Below the pieces are notes generated by a model. That model made no database searches, was not told where the DNA came from, and saw nothing but the letters and a program-made list of their open reading frames with translations. Below, piece by piece: positions 45,636 through 55,387 of a DNA stretch of 56,593 bases. The stretch comes from an uncultured Candidatus Bathyarchaeia archaeon (lineage in GTDB: Archaea; Thermoproteota; Bathyarchaeia; Bathyarchaeales; DTEX01), in contig CAZWWD010000001.1 of NCBI GenBank assembly GCA_964637155.1, positions 1 through 56,593 on the forward strand, written 5' to 3'. A program made the translations under genes and the position numbers. Within the stretch, counting starts at the first letter, position 1. Each line of letters starts with the position of its first letter.

Positions 45636-47153
45636 GTGAAGATAATAAGTCAGACTTATCAAGAAATAAGTCCGGCTGACTTCTTTTACAGAAATAGGGA
45701 TATAGCCGGATTCTCTAATCCCGCGAGAGCCATTTTTTCAGCTATTAGGGAGCTTATTGAGAACTCGCTTGATGCCACGGAGCCGGCGGGCATTTTACCG
45801 GACATATATGTGCGTCTATCATTCATGAATGGAAGCCAAAACGCCTATGTTTTAAGGGTTGAAGATAATGGTTTAGGTATACCGGCTGATTACGTGCCCC
45901 TAGCTTTCTGCCAATTCCTCTTTAGCTCGAAATATAGGCTGAAGCAGTCCCGTGGAACATTTGGTCTAGGCGGAACAATGACCATACTTTATGGGCAGAT
46001 AACAACCAATAAGCCGGTTAAGGTTATTTCAAGCACCGGCACATCAAAGATATATGAGTACACCCTTATGATCGATATTGAGCGGAACCGCCCCGTCGTC
46101 TTAGATAGGAGGATATACAGTAACAGGGAGAGATGGCATGGTACAATAGTTGAAGTTAACATTGAGGGTGACTACTCTAAGGCGATGCCTAAAATCCTTG
46201 AGTATCTAAAGCAAACCGCCATCGCCAATCCCTATGCTAATCTAATGTTTGTTGATCCGAGGGGGCGATTATATAAGTTTGAGAGAACGATCACGAATCT
46301 GCCTCCCCAACCAAGGGAAACGCTGCCTCATCCACACGGCATAGATGTTGAAACCATGTACCGAATAATACGCGTAACCCGCTGTAAAACATTGCTTGAT
46401 TTTATGCGGGAGCACTTCCATAGGGTCGGTAAGCGAACTGCCAGACGCTTCCTTAAATTTGCCGGTTTCCCAGAGGATGCTGACCCAAAGAGGCTTAAGC
46501 CAGATGAGATAGTGAGGTTTGTTCAAGCCATGAAAAACTTCAACGAGTTTCTGCCCCCTGACGCTGACTGCCTTTCTCCACTAGGCGAAAACATCCTTAA
46601 AGCTGGTATACTAAAGGAGCTTGAACCTGAATTCGTGGCTGTTTCACAACGTAAACCATCAGCCTATGCTGGTCACCCATTCATCGTTGAGATTGGAATA
46701 GCCTACGGAGGCAAGGTTCCAGCAAAAGAGGACATACTCCTATATAGGTTTGCCAATAAAATCCCCCTAGTCTACGATGAATCCGGCGATGTCAGCTGGA
46801 AAATCGTCAAATCCATCAATTGGCGGAAATATGGTTTAACGCCAGGCATGCCATTCGCGGTTCTAGTCCACATATGCAGCACCAAAATCCCATGGAAAAC
46901 TGTTGGAAAGGAAATGATCGCGGATAGACCTGAAGTAAGCCGTGAAATACTCAACGGAATCAGGGAGGTTGCCCGCAGACTTGGAGCCTACGTCTCTAGA
47001 AAGGAGAAGATTAGACGTGAAAAAGCCCGCCTCTCAGTTTTCGCGAGATATCTGCCAAAAATAGCTGAGTTTTCAACTAGGCTTGCTGGAAAAGAAAAAA
47101 TACCTGATATAGGTGAACTATTAAGGAGGGTTAGAAGATTTGAGAAAGAGTAG
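45636..47153 (+). CDS. top6B: DNA topoisomerase VI subunit B
   Basis: Bergerat ATP-binding fold motifs ELIENSLDA, DNGLGIP and GTFGLGG. 505 aa. Confidence 0.92.
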   Translation: MKIISQTYQEISPADFFYRNRDIAGFSNPARAIFSAIRELIENSLDATEPAGILPDIYVRLSFMNGSQNAYVLRVEDNGLGIPADYVPLAFCQFLFSSKYRLKQSRGTFGLGGTMTILYGQITTNKPVKVISSTGTSKIYEYTLMIDIERNRPVVLDRRIYSNRERWHGTIVEVNIEGDYSKAMPKILEYLKQTAIANPYANLMFVDPRGRLYKFERTITNLPPQPRETLPHPHGIDVETMYRIIRVTRCKTLLDFMREHFHRVGKRTARRFLKFAGFPEDADPKRLKPDEIVRFVQAMKNFNEFLPPDADCLSPLGENILKAGILKELEPEFVAVSQRKPSAYAGHPFIVEIGIAYGGKVPAKEDILLYRFANKIPLVYDESGDVSWKIVKSINWRKYGLTPGMPFAVLVHICSTKIPWKTVGKEMIADRPEVSREILNGIREVARRLGAYVSRKEKIRREKARLSVFARYLPKIAEFSTRLAGKEKIPDIGELLRRVRRFEKE

Positions 47154-48231
47154 CGCCACCACGGCTAGGAAAAAAAGAAAGGAGGTTCTCGTTAAGCTTG
47201 AAAGGTTCGGGCGGGAACTTTACGAGCAGCTGGAGAAGGGAGTTTTCCCGCAGATCATTATGCCAAGTAGATCAACAGACAACATATACTATAGCCCAGA
47301 GCTCAGACAATATGTTCTAGGCGACAAAAAAGTTAAGAGAAGCGCGAGAAACATCAGGCATTTAAGACCGTTCACCCAGCTTGTCTGGATGGCATTTTTC
47401 ACGCATGAGCTAACTCTAAACCAGAAAACCTCAACCCTGAGAGACGTATTCTATTCAGCGCAAGCGTACGATATATCCTTTAAAGATCAAAATGAATCTG
47501 ACAATATCATAACGGATTTAGAGACGGTTTTAGGCTGCACAAGAGAGGACTTCAACGTTTTCCCAGAGGAGAGTTCAGCTGTTTTCGGCGACCTAACAAT
47601 AGAGTACACCGTCCCAAACTATGAGGGTAGGCGCCTCAATCTAACCTCGCATCCAGACGGCGTAATGATAGGCCCCGCCCTAACATCCGCAGAGTTCGTG
47701 GAAACAAGCGCCGACAAAGTTATAGCCATCGAAAAGGGCGGTTTATTCACAAGATTCATTGAGGAAAGAGTCCACGAGAAATTTAACGCCATACTAGTCT
47801 TTTTGAGGGGTCAAGCCCCACGTTCAACCAGATATTTCATCCGCAGGCTTAATCAGGAGCTAGGTTTACCAGTTTACATATTCACCGACGCTGATCCATG
47901 GGGCATGCATATCGCTATGGTTATAATATCTGGTTCAGCGAACGCGGCTCACGTAAGGGAATTAACAACGCCTGACGCAAAGTGGGCTGGTGTTTGGGCC
48001 TCAGACATAATAAACTATAAGCTACCTAACGATAAGCTCAAGGATGTAGATATCAAGCGTCTGCATGAGCTTATGCGTGACCCAAGATATAAGGGTGAAC
48101 TCTGGCAGAGGGAGATAAATGTTTTCCTAAAGTTCCAAAGGAAATGTGAGCTTGAAGCCTTCTCAAGATACGGGTTAACTCATATAGTGGATAAATATTT
48201 GCCAGAGCGACTCAAGGAGATGGAAGACTAA
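47140..48231 (+). CDS. top6A: DNA topoisomerase VI subunit A (Spo11 family)
   Basis: Winged-helix region with catalytic-Tyr context (RDVFYSAQ) and Toprim (VIAIEKGG...FTDADPWG). Overlaps the top6B end. 363 aa. Confidence 0.92.
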   Translation: MRKSSATTARKKRKEVLVKLERFGRELYEQLEKGVFPQIIMPSRSTDNIYYSPELRQYVLGDKKVKRSARNIRHLRPFTQLVWMAFFTHELTLNQKTSTLRDVFYSAQAYDISFKDQNESDNIITDLETVLGCTREDFNVFPEESSAVFGDLTIEYTVPNYEGRRLNLTSHPDGVMIGPALTSAEFVETSADKVIAIEKGGLFTRFIEERVHEKFNAILVFLRGQAPRSTRYFIRRLNQELGLPVYIFTDADPWGMHIAMVIISGSANAAHVRELTTPDAKWAGVWASDIINYKLPNDKLKDVDIKRLHELMRDPRYKGELWQREINVFLKFQRKCELEAFSRYGLTHIVDKYLPERLKEMED

Positions 48232-48289
48232 AATTTTTATATACTGTTTGCCAGATTCTTTAAAGTTTAATTTAAGCTGAGGGAGCGGG

Positions 48290-48505
48290 TTGAGTAGGAA
48301 AAAAGAGTCATCAACGTTTCTAGGCCTAGTGTTTGTAGAAAAGGTTTCAGGTTTCATTCTATTAATCGTCGGCATAATGCTGGCGTACTACACAAACACT
48401 TACATAAGTGATTTAGGGGGGATAGGTTTCCTTCTTATAGTGGTCGGCGTGATACTGGCGGCTTTAGGCTTAATAATGTTCATAGCTAAAACCGAACAAG
48501 ATTAA
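48290..48505 (+). CDS. Small membrane protein (two predicted TM helices)
   Basis: 71 aa. Hydrophobic stretches GFILLIVGIMLAYY and IGFLLIVVGVILAALGLIMFI. TTG start. Confidence 0.4.
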   Translation: MSRKKESSTFLGLVFVEKVSGFILLIVGIMLAYYTNTYISDLGGIGFLLIVVGVILAALGLIMFIAKTEQD

Positions 48506-48563
48506 ATGAGCCATTTTTCATTCCGGGTTAAAATCTTTATTCCCTAAACTTAAATTATTATTT

Positions 48564-49298
48564 GTGATGGATATGACTGAGAAAATAAATGTAACCGTTT
48601 GGAACGAGTTCATCCATGAAAGAGAAAACCCGAAGGTCGCTGAAATTTATCCGAATGGAATCCACGGGGCAATCGCCGAATATCTGCGCAGTGAAGGATT
48701 CAATGTTCGAACAGCCACACTTGATGAGCCGGAGCATGGCTTAACAGAAGAAGTTCTCAATAACACTGATGTGCTAATATGGTGGGGGCACGCCGCGCAT
48801 GATAAAGTCAGCGACGTAATCGTTGACCGCGTGTACAAGCATATAACGCTTAATGGTATGGGGCTAATCGTCCTTCACTCAGCGCACTTCTCAAAAATAT
48901 TTAAGCGTCTTTTAGGGACATCCTGCAACCTCAAGTGGAGGGAGGCTGGCGAAAAGGAGCGAATATGGGTTGTCGCCGGCGGGCATCCAATAGCTGAGGG
49001 TCTCGGCGATTACTTTGAAATTGAACATGAGGAAATGTATGGTGAACCGTTCGACATACCTAAGCCTGATGAGCTAATTTTTATAAGCTGGTTTAAGGGA
49101 GGAGAAGTTTTCAGAAGCGGATGCTGCTTCTATAGGGGTTTAGGTAAGATCTTCTACTTCCGACCTGGACATGAAACCTACCCAACCTATCATAACCCAA
49201 ATGTTCTAAAAGTTATCGGCAACGCCGTCAAATGGTGTGCGCCTGTTAAAAGACCTAAGCCGGTGATGGGTAACGTGAAGCCCCTTGAACCACTCTAA
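48564..49298 (+). CDS. ThuA-like (trehalose-utilisation / class-I glutamine-amidotransferase-like fold) protein
   Basis: 244 aa. [30 protein letters not shown] and [13 protein letters not shown] follow the ThuA pattern. Confidence 0.55.
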   Translation: MMDMTEKINVTVWNEFIHERENPKVAEIYPNGIHGAIAEYLRSEGFNVRTATLDEPEHGLTEEVLNNTDVLIWWGHAAHDKVSDVIVDRVYKHITLNGMGLIVLHSAHFSKIFKRLLGTSCNLKWREAGEKERIWVVAGGHPIAEGLGDYFEIEHEEMYGEPFDIPKPDELIFISWFKGGEVFRSGCCFYRGLGKIFYFRPGHETYPTYHNPNVLKVIGNAVKWCAPVKRPKPVMGNVKPLEPL

Positions 49299-49364
49299 AA
49301 TAATTCTCCACATTATATCACATTTATAGGTTTGTAATCCAATAGTTATTTTCGGGTTTGAGAT

Positions 49365-50546
49365 TTGTCCAGCTCCCTGATCTTCAAGGACAAGAATAAG
49401 CTTTCACCCTACTATATTCCTAAGCGCCTCCCACATAGAGAGCAGCAAATAAACATGCTGCTCTCAATTTACGGCGGCATGCTCAGGGATATTTGGAATG
49501 CATATCCGCGAATAACCCAGATAGTCGGCGCCACCGGAACCGGTAAGACCTGCACAACCATTAGATTCGGCGAGCTTCTCGCTGAGAAAGCTCAGAAGGA
49601 AGGTGTTAACCTAAAGCATGTTTACATGAACTGTAAGGTTGACGGCGTCACACGCTACGTTCTCTATGGTAATCTTGTGAGGAAGGTTACGCCTAAAATA
49701 TCAACCAAGAGTTTAAGCCCGGAGGAAATGATTAGGCAGCTAATTGAGTATCTAAGGTTTGAAGAGATTTTTCTTGTGGTAACGTTTGATGAAATCGACT
49801 ATTTTGTTCAGATGAACCCGAAAGAGCACGTCATATATGATTTGACGCGCATACCTGAGATTAGGCCCGGTGAACCGACTCCTATAATCGGTGAAATCTT
49901 TATTGCCAGATCGCTTAAGTGGCATGATCTGCTTGAGCCGGGTGAAAAATCAACTCTCGGAATGGGCATAATAGAGTTTCCGAGATACACAAGCGGGCAG
50001 ATCAAGGATATACTTGAGGATCGGGTTGAAGAGGCCTTTCAACCGAATGTTGTTCTTGAGGATACGCTTGATTTTATAAGTGATGTAACCGCTAATCCGC
50101 CGGTTAACGGAGATGTTAGGGTTGGGTTAGAACTCCTCTACTACTCCGGTATCCTAGCCGAAAATACTGGTTCAAGTAAGGTTTTACCGGAGCACGTCCG
50201 CAAAGTCTACAGCGAAATAAATCCAACCATAACAACCGAGGACATAATGAACCTAAGTAGCGATGGAAGATTAGTTCTCTTGGCTCTTGTCAGAGGCTTG
50301 AAGGCTAATGAATCAGCCTACATAAGCCTAAGGGAACTGCGAAAATTCTACAACATTGTCTGTGAGGAGTATAATGTTAAACCCGTCGAGGACTTTGAGG
50401 CGCAGGTTCAAGACCTAATATACCGGGGGATAATAGATATGAAGTCGCTGATGGAGATCGGGATTTCAGGCGCAGCTCTAATAGACCTAGAAAAGTTTCT
50501 AAATAATCTTCTTAAGCAGCTTGAGCCTGGAGGGCGGAAACTATAA
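49365..50546 (+). CDS. cdc6: Orc1/Cdc6 replication initiator
   Basis: Walker A GATGTGKT, Walker B VVTFDEID, and a C-terminal winged helix (LVLLALV...ISLRELRKFY). 393 aa. TTG start. Confidence 0.88.
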   Translation: MSSSLIFKDKNKLSPYYIPKRLPHREQQINMLLSIYGGMLRDIWNAYPRITQIVGATGTGKTCTTIRFGELLAEKAQKEGVNLKHVYMNCKVDGVTRYVLYGNLVRKVTPKISTKSLSPEEMIRQLIEYLRFEEIFLVVTFDEIDYFVQMNPKEHVIYDLTRIPEIRPGEPTPIIGEIFIARSLKWHDLLEPGEKSTLGMGIIEFPRYTSGQIKDILEDRVEEAFQPNVVLEDTLDFISDVTANPPVNGDVRVGLELLYYSGILAENTGSSKVLPEHVRKVYSEINPTITTEDIMNLSSDGRLVLLALVRGLKANESAYISLRELRKFYNIVCEEYNVKPVEDFEAQVQDLIYRGIIDMKSLMEIGISGAALIDLEKFLNNLLKQLEPGGRKL

Positions 50547-50875
50547 TGAGCAGGAATATCAGAGAGAAAAGAAGCATATGGGAGGAGCTCGAGCTAGGTT
50601 TAGGTGGCGGAAAAAAGTTTAGGGTTCTAGTTCACCTGCTCTTGAATCCGGATAAAGCCTTCACTAAGTATGCTCTCACCAAAGCCACCGGCCTCAGAAC
50701 GCCTTCAATTGAAAGGCGGCTTAAGACCCTTGTGGATTTAGGGTGGGTTAGAGAAAACAAGTTTAAGCCGAGAACCTACCAAATAAATCTTGAGAATGAA
50801 ATAGTAAAGCTGCTCCTAGATTTCTTCCAGAAACTACGTAAGTATTCCTTCCTAGAATTAGGGAGAAGATTCTAG
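50546..50875 (+). CDS. Small winged-helix DNA-binding protein, translationally coupled to cdc6
   Basis: The ATG overlaps the cdc6 TAA by 1 nt (TAATG). FRVLVHLLLNPDKAFTKYALTKATGLRTPSIERRLKTLVDLGWV is a wHTH pattern. 109 aa. Confidence 0.6.
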   Translation: MSRNIREKRSIWEELELGLGGGKKFRVLVHLLLNPDKAFTKYALTKATGLRTPSIERRLKTLVDLGWVRENKFKPRTYQINLENEIVKLLLDFFQKLRKYSFLELGRRF

Positions 50876-50926
50876 ACCCCCTCCCCCCTCTACCCAATTT
50901 TTCACAGATATCTTAAATACTGCTTA

Positions 50927-51166
50927 ATGGAAAATGTTAATTGGCGTGCGGAGATGGCTAAAATCAAGAGCAAACTCTCAACTAAGACGAGTTTATCATT
51001 TAGCAACGTTAAACCTGAAGTGGAGCGTTGCCTAAATCCATGGAATGGAGGCTGCGATAGCACAGACATCGCAATTTACATAATGTATAAGGGTGATAAA
51101 ATCCCCCTATGCTGGAAATGCTGGAGAAAGATATCCAGAAAAAATTTTGAGTGGGAGGCCTACTAG
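50927..51166 (+). CDS. Hypothetical Cys-rich small protein (79 aa) abutting radA
   Basis: Four Cys (C-x7-C ... C-x2-C: CLNPWNGGC ... CWKC). The stop at 51164-51166 is 1 nt before the radA ATG. Confidence 0.35.
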   Translation: MENVNWRAEMAKIKSKLSTKTSLSFSNVKPEVERCLNPWNGGCDSTDIAIYIMYKGDKIPLCWKCWRKISRKNFEWEAY

Positions 51167-51167
51167 A

Positions 51168-52109
51168 ATGGATGATCTTGAATCTCTAAACGGCGTTGGA
51201 TCAACAATAGCGTCTAAGCTTAGAGCCGCCGGCTACACAACCATAGAGGCCATCGCTGTTACCCCCCCGCTTGAAATAGCGGAGAAGACGAAGCTAGGCT
51301 TCAACACCATACTTAAGATTCAGAATGCAGCGCGTAAAATGCTCTCCACAGACTTTAGAACAGCCCAAGAATACTATGAAATAAGAAAAAACATGAAGCG
51401 ATGCACAACTGGATGTAAGAAGCTAGATGAAATACTTGGCGGCGGAGTTGAAACCCAGGCGCTAACCGAGCTCATAGGTGAATACGGCTCCGGTAAAACT
51501 CAAATTTGTATGATGCTTTCGGTTACAGCCCAGCTGCCATACGAAAAGGGTGGCTTAGAGGGTAAGGTTGCCTTCATAGATACAGAAGGAACCTTCATGC
51601 CTGAACGCATATATCAGATAGCATCCGGCTTAGGTCTCGAACCAAGCGAGGTTGCAAGTAACATTCTGGTTGCAAGAGCCTACAATAGTAGCCACCAATG
51701 CTTACTCATAGATAGGCTATTCACGCTCTGCCCAGAAAACAACGTAAAACTAGTAGTTGTCGACAGCATGATAAGCCACTTTAGAGGAGAATACATAGGC
51801 CGAGAAACCCTTTCGGAAAGACAGCAGAAATTAAATCAGTATTTGCATAAGCTTATTAGGCTTGCAGAAGCCTACAACCTAGCGGTTGTTATAACAAATC
51901 AGGTTCAATCTAATCCAGCTGCCTTTTACGGTGACCCTAATAGGCCGGCGGGTGGAAATGTGATGGCGCATGCCTGCACGCATAGAGTCTACTTGAGAAG
52001 AGGCTCAAAAGGTGTTAGAGTTGCAAAGATAATTGACAGCCCATATCTGCCTGAAAGAGAGGCCTACTTCAGGATTACTGAAAAGGGCATAGTGGACGCC
52101 GAAGAATAA
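51168..52109 (+). CDS. radA: DNA repair and recombination protein RadA
   Basis: Start at MDDLESLNGVG (HhH N-domain), internal to ORF 51093..52109. Walker A GEYGSGKTQ and Walker B LVVVDS. Confidence 0.93.
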   Translation: MDDLESLNGVGSTIASKLRAAGYTTIEAIAVTPPLEIAEKTKLGFNTILKIQNAARKMLSTDFRTAQEYYEIRKNMKRCTTGCKKLDEILGGGVETQALTELIGEYGSGKTQICMMLSVTAQLPYEKGGLEGKVAFIDTEGTFMPERIYQIASGLGLEPSEVASNILVARAYNSSHQCLLIDRLFTLCPENNVKLVVVDSMISHFRGEYIGRETLSERQQKLNQYLHKLIRLAEAYNLAVVITNQVQSNPAAFYGDPNRPAGGNVMAHACTHRVYLRRGSKGVRVAKIIDSPYLPEREAYFRITEKGIVDAEE

Positions 52110-52127
52110 GTGTTTATCCCCAAAAAT

Positions 52128-53204
52128 TTAATCAGCTTTAATAATGTTGTAGCCAGCAGCCCTCCTAAGCCTATTCATTACAGCTAACCCCAGCTCCTTC
52201 TGCGGGATCCCCTCAGCAATTATTATGTCAACCTCATCCTCATCGAACTCCCTAAACAATTTAAACAGATTTTTAGCTGTGGACGCGAGATCCCTCCGGC
52301 TTCCAAGCGACTTAACAATGCCCACATCATACTCTGATAGGCTCTCGTCTGTAGCCAATATTCCAACCTTCTTTCCTTCCCTGATGTATTGCTGAGCTAG
52401 CTCCCTAATCTTGTTGATAACTGCGTTAAATTTTCCTTCAACGAGAACCACCTTAGCTTTAGGCGCATAATGCTTATGTTTCATTCCAGGCGACCGGGCG
52501 TGCTCAATGTGGATCTCTCTCCTAGCTAAAGCCGCTGGGTGAATAGAGACTCTGCCCAAAATTCTTTTGAGCTCCTCATATGTTGTTCCACCAGGCCTTA
52601 GGATTTGAGGTGGATCACATGTTAGATCCAAAACGGTTGATTCCACACCTATATTTGTTGGTCCAGCATCAAGTATAACGTCTATTCGACCGTAAAGATC
52701 CTGTATAACATGCTCCGCCATCGTTGGGCTTGGTCTACCAGCTAAATTTGCGCTTGGGGCAGCTATCGGCGTTTCCGCCTCCCTTATTAGGGCTAGGGCA
52801 ACTTTATGGCTGGGCATTCTTATAGCCACCGTGTCTAATCCGCCGGTTGTTACCCTAGGCACTATGCTTGAGGCCTTGAGAACCAACGTTAGGGGACCCG
52901 GCCAAAAACTCTCCATAAGTTTTTCAGCGAACTCCGGTACGTCTTCAGCGAGTCTATAAACGTCTTCTTTGTTGGCTACATGCACTATTATTGGGTTGTC
53001 TAAGGGTCTATTCTTGGCGGCGTAAATCTCTCTTACGGCTTTAGGGTTAAGAGCGTCAGCTCCTAAGCCATAGACGGTCTCCGTGGGAAACGCTACTAAC
53101 CCGCCTTGACGGATGATTTTGGCTGCTAAGCTAATTTTCTCAAGCTCTGGGTTCTCGCTACTAACCTTCAGTATTATAGTTTTCTTCATTGAATCAGCGT
53201 CCAC
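52128..53204 (-). CDS. sua5: L-threonylcarbamoyladenylate synthase Sua5/TsaC (YrdC plus Sua5 C-domain)
   Basis: GGLVAFPTETVYGLGADA, SFWPGPLT and SAPSANLAGRPSPT motifs. 358 aa (the start may be the internal MKKTI). Confidence 0.9.
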   Translation of the reverse strand: MDADSMKKTIILKVSSENPELEKISLAAKIIRQGGLVAFPTETVYGLGADALNPKAVREIYAAKNRPLDNPIIVHVANKEDVYRLAEDVPEFAEKLMESFWPGPLTLVLKASSIVPRVTTGGLDTVAIRMPSHKVALALIREAETPIAAPSANLAGRPSPTMAEHVIQDLYGRIDVILDAGPTNIGVESTVLDLTCDPPQILRPGGTTYEELKRILGRVSIHPAALARREIHIEHARSPGMKHKHYAPKAKVVLVEGKFNAVINKIRELAQQYIREGKKVGILATDESLSEYDVGIVKSLGSRRDLASTAKNLFKLFREFDEDEVDIIIAEGIPQKELGLAVMNRLRRAAGYNIIKAD

Positions 53205-53258
53205 TAAAAATGATTAGCTGCCTTACATCTTAAATTATGCATTTAAAAAGATTAATAG

Positions 53259-53729
53259 TTGACGTCGCATTTTATCATGTTTGTTAGCGTTGGTGAATCA
53301 GGGTTGGCCGAACTAAATTTAAGCGAATATTTTCCCTTCATGGAGAAGTACTCAAATTTAACTATGATTCTATGCGATCAGGAGCTGGCTTCTCTAGGAG
53401 ACTCATACGTTAACTTTGTTTATTCATTAGCCCTATCTAGGGTTGCTGGTAAACCGGTTGGGCGAAAACTTGATAGCCGCGCGCTTTCATCAGCTCTTAG
53501 AAAGGCTGGTATAAGGAGATTATTGCCCCATAGAACAGATAGGCATAAGCAGGCTGATGCGGCTGAGGCCCTAATAATTTATGGTTGGCTGTCGGGCGCT
53601 ATATCCATCAAAGAGGCCCTTGATATACTCTCACGTGAAGGCGACATCTCAGATAATCTAAGTTTTCTCCTAAAATTAATTTTGAAGAGAAGCAACTTCG
53701 CTCAAAAACTAGAGGTTGAAAGCGTATAA
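53259..53729 (+). CDS. RNase III-fold protein, Mini-III-like (no dsRBD)
   Basis: ELASLGDSYVNFVYS resembles the RNase III signature (E..LGD..). HKQADAAEALIIYGWL resembles the second catalytic motif (AD..EALIG). 156 aa. Start uncertain (TTG in the track). Confidence 0.45.
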   Translation: MTSHFIMFVSVGESGLAELNLSEYFPFMEKYSNLTMILCDQELASLGDSYVNFVYSLALSRVAGKPVGRKLDSRALSSALRKAGIRRLLPHRTDRHKQADAAEALIIYGWLSGAISIKEALDILSREGDISDNLSFLLKLILKRSNFAQKLEVESV

Positions 53730-53738
53730 TTCAATGTT

Positions 53739-54026
53739 TTATTTAGTGCTCTTGAACGCTTTCTCAAATTCTTTTCTTAATTCCCTTCCCCTCTGAAGAA
53801 TCTTTTCAACAGCCTCTTTCACAGCGGCTTCCGGACTTTTGTTTCCCTTTGTTCTAACGGTTATTACAGGCCTCCCTACGAGAGGATGCGATATGTTATA
53901 GCTGGCGAAGTCAACTTCCTCGTCTTCTAGGAGCACCGATTCTAGGAGATTACATAGTGTATGTCCTTCACCTTCAACCTCAATTACGAGCTCGTTAGTT
54001 TTCCTATCCAATATTTTTATTTGCAT
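53739..54026 (-). CDS. rpoL: DNA-directed RNA polymerase subunit L (Rpo11)
   Basis: MQIKILDRKTNELVIEVEGEGHTLCNLL...YNISHPL. The internal Met of ORF 53739..54104 avoids overlap with csl4. Confidence 0.88.
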   Translation of the reverse strand: MQIKILDRKTNELVIEVEGEGHTLCNLLESVLLEDEEVDFASYNISHPLVGRPVITVRTKGNKSPEAAVKEAVEKILQRGRELRKEFEKAFKSTK

Positions 54027-54054
54027 GTTCCATCCACCTCCCCTTTCCTTTCTG

Positions 54055-54657
54055 CTATATGCTTCCAAAACCGTAATCGGAGGCAATCTTTCTTGTCTCA
54101 GCATTTCCGCACTTACTGCAATATAGCCTTTTATTTTTATTTCTTTTAGACTTAGGCATTAATGTTCCACCGCACTTTGAGCATAAAGCCAATATGACTC
54201 CCAGTTTCCCACCTTTAGTGGTTAGGTGGAATGTTCTGTTTGTATGGCTTATAACTTTAGCGCGAACTAAATCGCCAACCTTTATCGCGTCAAAAATCTC
54301 CTTAACATATTTTATGTCGATGTCTGAAACATGCAGTACGCCGGTAAAGAATCCGGAGAGAAATCTTTTCCCAACTTTTATTATACGTATGAAGGCCATG
54401 GCGCCCTGAATATTTACTACATGTCCTACAACAATGCTCCCAACTTTCGGGATGCATGCTTCTCGAGTTAACGGGTATACTGAAACTTTCCTGCTAACTG
54501 AGTCTACTAGTATGCATCCCACTTTATTCGCGTATATTACGCCGTTATCAACATAGGTTCCGAGATCTGGTATGAACTCTTCTATTACACCTATCTTTTC
54601 CCCGGGAACAATGAACTGCCCGCTTTTCCTCATCTCTGACATATTAAACATTCCCAC
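54055..54657 (-). CDS. csl4: Exosome complex RNA-binding subunit Csl4
   Basis: S1 domain (GSIVVGHVVNIQGAMAFIRI) plus a C-terminal zinc ribbon (CSKCGGTL...CSKCGN). 200 aa. Confidence 0.85.
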   Translation of the reverse strand: MGMFNMSEMRKSGQFIVPGEKIGVIEEFIPDLGTYVDNGVIYANKVGCILVDSVSRKVSVYPLTREACIPKVGSIVVGHVVNIQGAMAFIRIIKVGKRFLSGFFTGVLHVSDIDIKYVKEIFDAIKVGDLVRAKVISHTNRTFHLTTKGGKLGVILALCSKCGGTLMPKSKRNKNKRLYCSKCGNAETRKIASDYGFGSI

Positions 54658-54717
54658 TGGATTAAATCGCTTTAAATTTACTCCTAAACAGTGATATTAG
54701 TTTTGCTATTTTGAAGA

Positions 54718-55338
54718 TTATTTGGACTTTAGTCTTAACACGCGATATAGGTCGGCTTTAACTAAATATCGCTTCTTTCTATGAAACTTGTATGTCCTAC
54801 TTATAGTTATATCCATCTCATAAACATGATCTATCACGCCGCCTAACTGCGGAATACGCCTGCCAAGAAATTCCCTAACTGAAGGGCTCCGCTTATGCAG
54901 AGAATACACAACATCCGATATTTCCAGAGCTTTCTTCAGGAATTTTATGTCCGCGCCCTTATGCCAGCTCCCGAAAGGCGGGTTCATCAACACTGTGTCA
55001 AAATGCCCTCTGACACAACCGATATCTCCAGCTACAAAATCAACATTTACACCTAACTTTTTGGCGTTGCCAACAGCAACTCTAATAGACTCTCTATCTA
55101 TGTCTACGCCAACAACCCATTCAGCGCCGAGAAGCGAGGCTGCAATTGCTAAAATACCGGTTCCGCAACCTAGATCAATAACTCTTTTCCCCTCTACGTC
55201 GCCATAAACCCACGCTGCAATATACGCCATGTTAGCTGCGCTCTCAGCGTCAAGCGTGTAACCCTCCCACTTAAGTTTAGGGCGCGGTATGGGGGATAAC
55301 TGCGATAACAGAAGAGCTAGATGCTTTCTTTTTAGCAA
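54718..55338 (-). CDS. SAM-dependent N6-adenine methyltransferase, METTL5-like
   Basis: DLGCGTGILA SAM motif and NPPFG catalytic motif. Conserved position between dph2 and csl4. 206 aa. Confidence 0.8.
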   Translation of the reverse strand: MLKRKHLALLLSQLSPIPRPKLKWEGYTLDAESAANMAYIAAWVYGDVEGKRVIDLGCGTGILAIAASLLGAEWVVGVDIDRESIRVAVGNAKKLGVNVDFVAGDIGCVRGHFDTVLMNPPFGSWHKGADIKFLKKALEISDVVYSLHKRSPSVREFLGRRIPQLGGVIDHVYEMDITISRTYKFHRKKRYLVKADLYRVLRLKSK

Positions 55339-55387
55339 TCTAATCAGCCCTCTTCCATAACCCTTAATTCTCCCCAGTGATGTGTGA

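Noticed and set aside
49299-49364. Replication origin immediately upstream of cdc6
   Set aside because: The spacer is only 66 bp and I see no repeated ORB or mini-ORB elements or an extended DUE. This cannot be excluded without a contig-wide motif and skew analysis.
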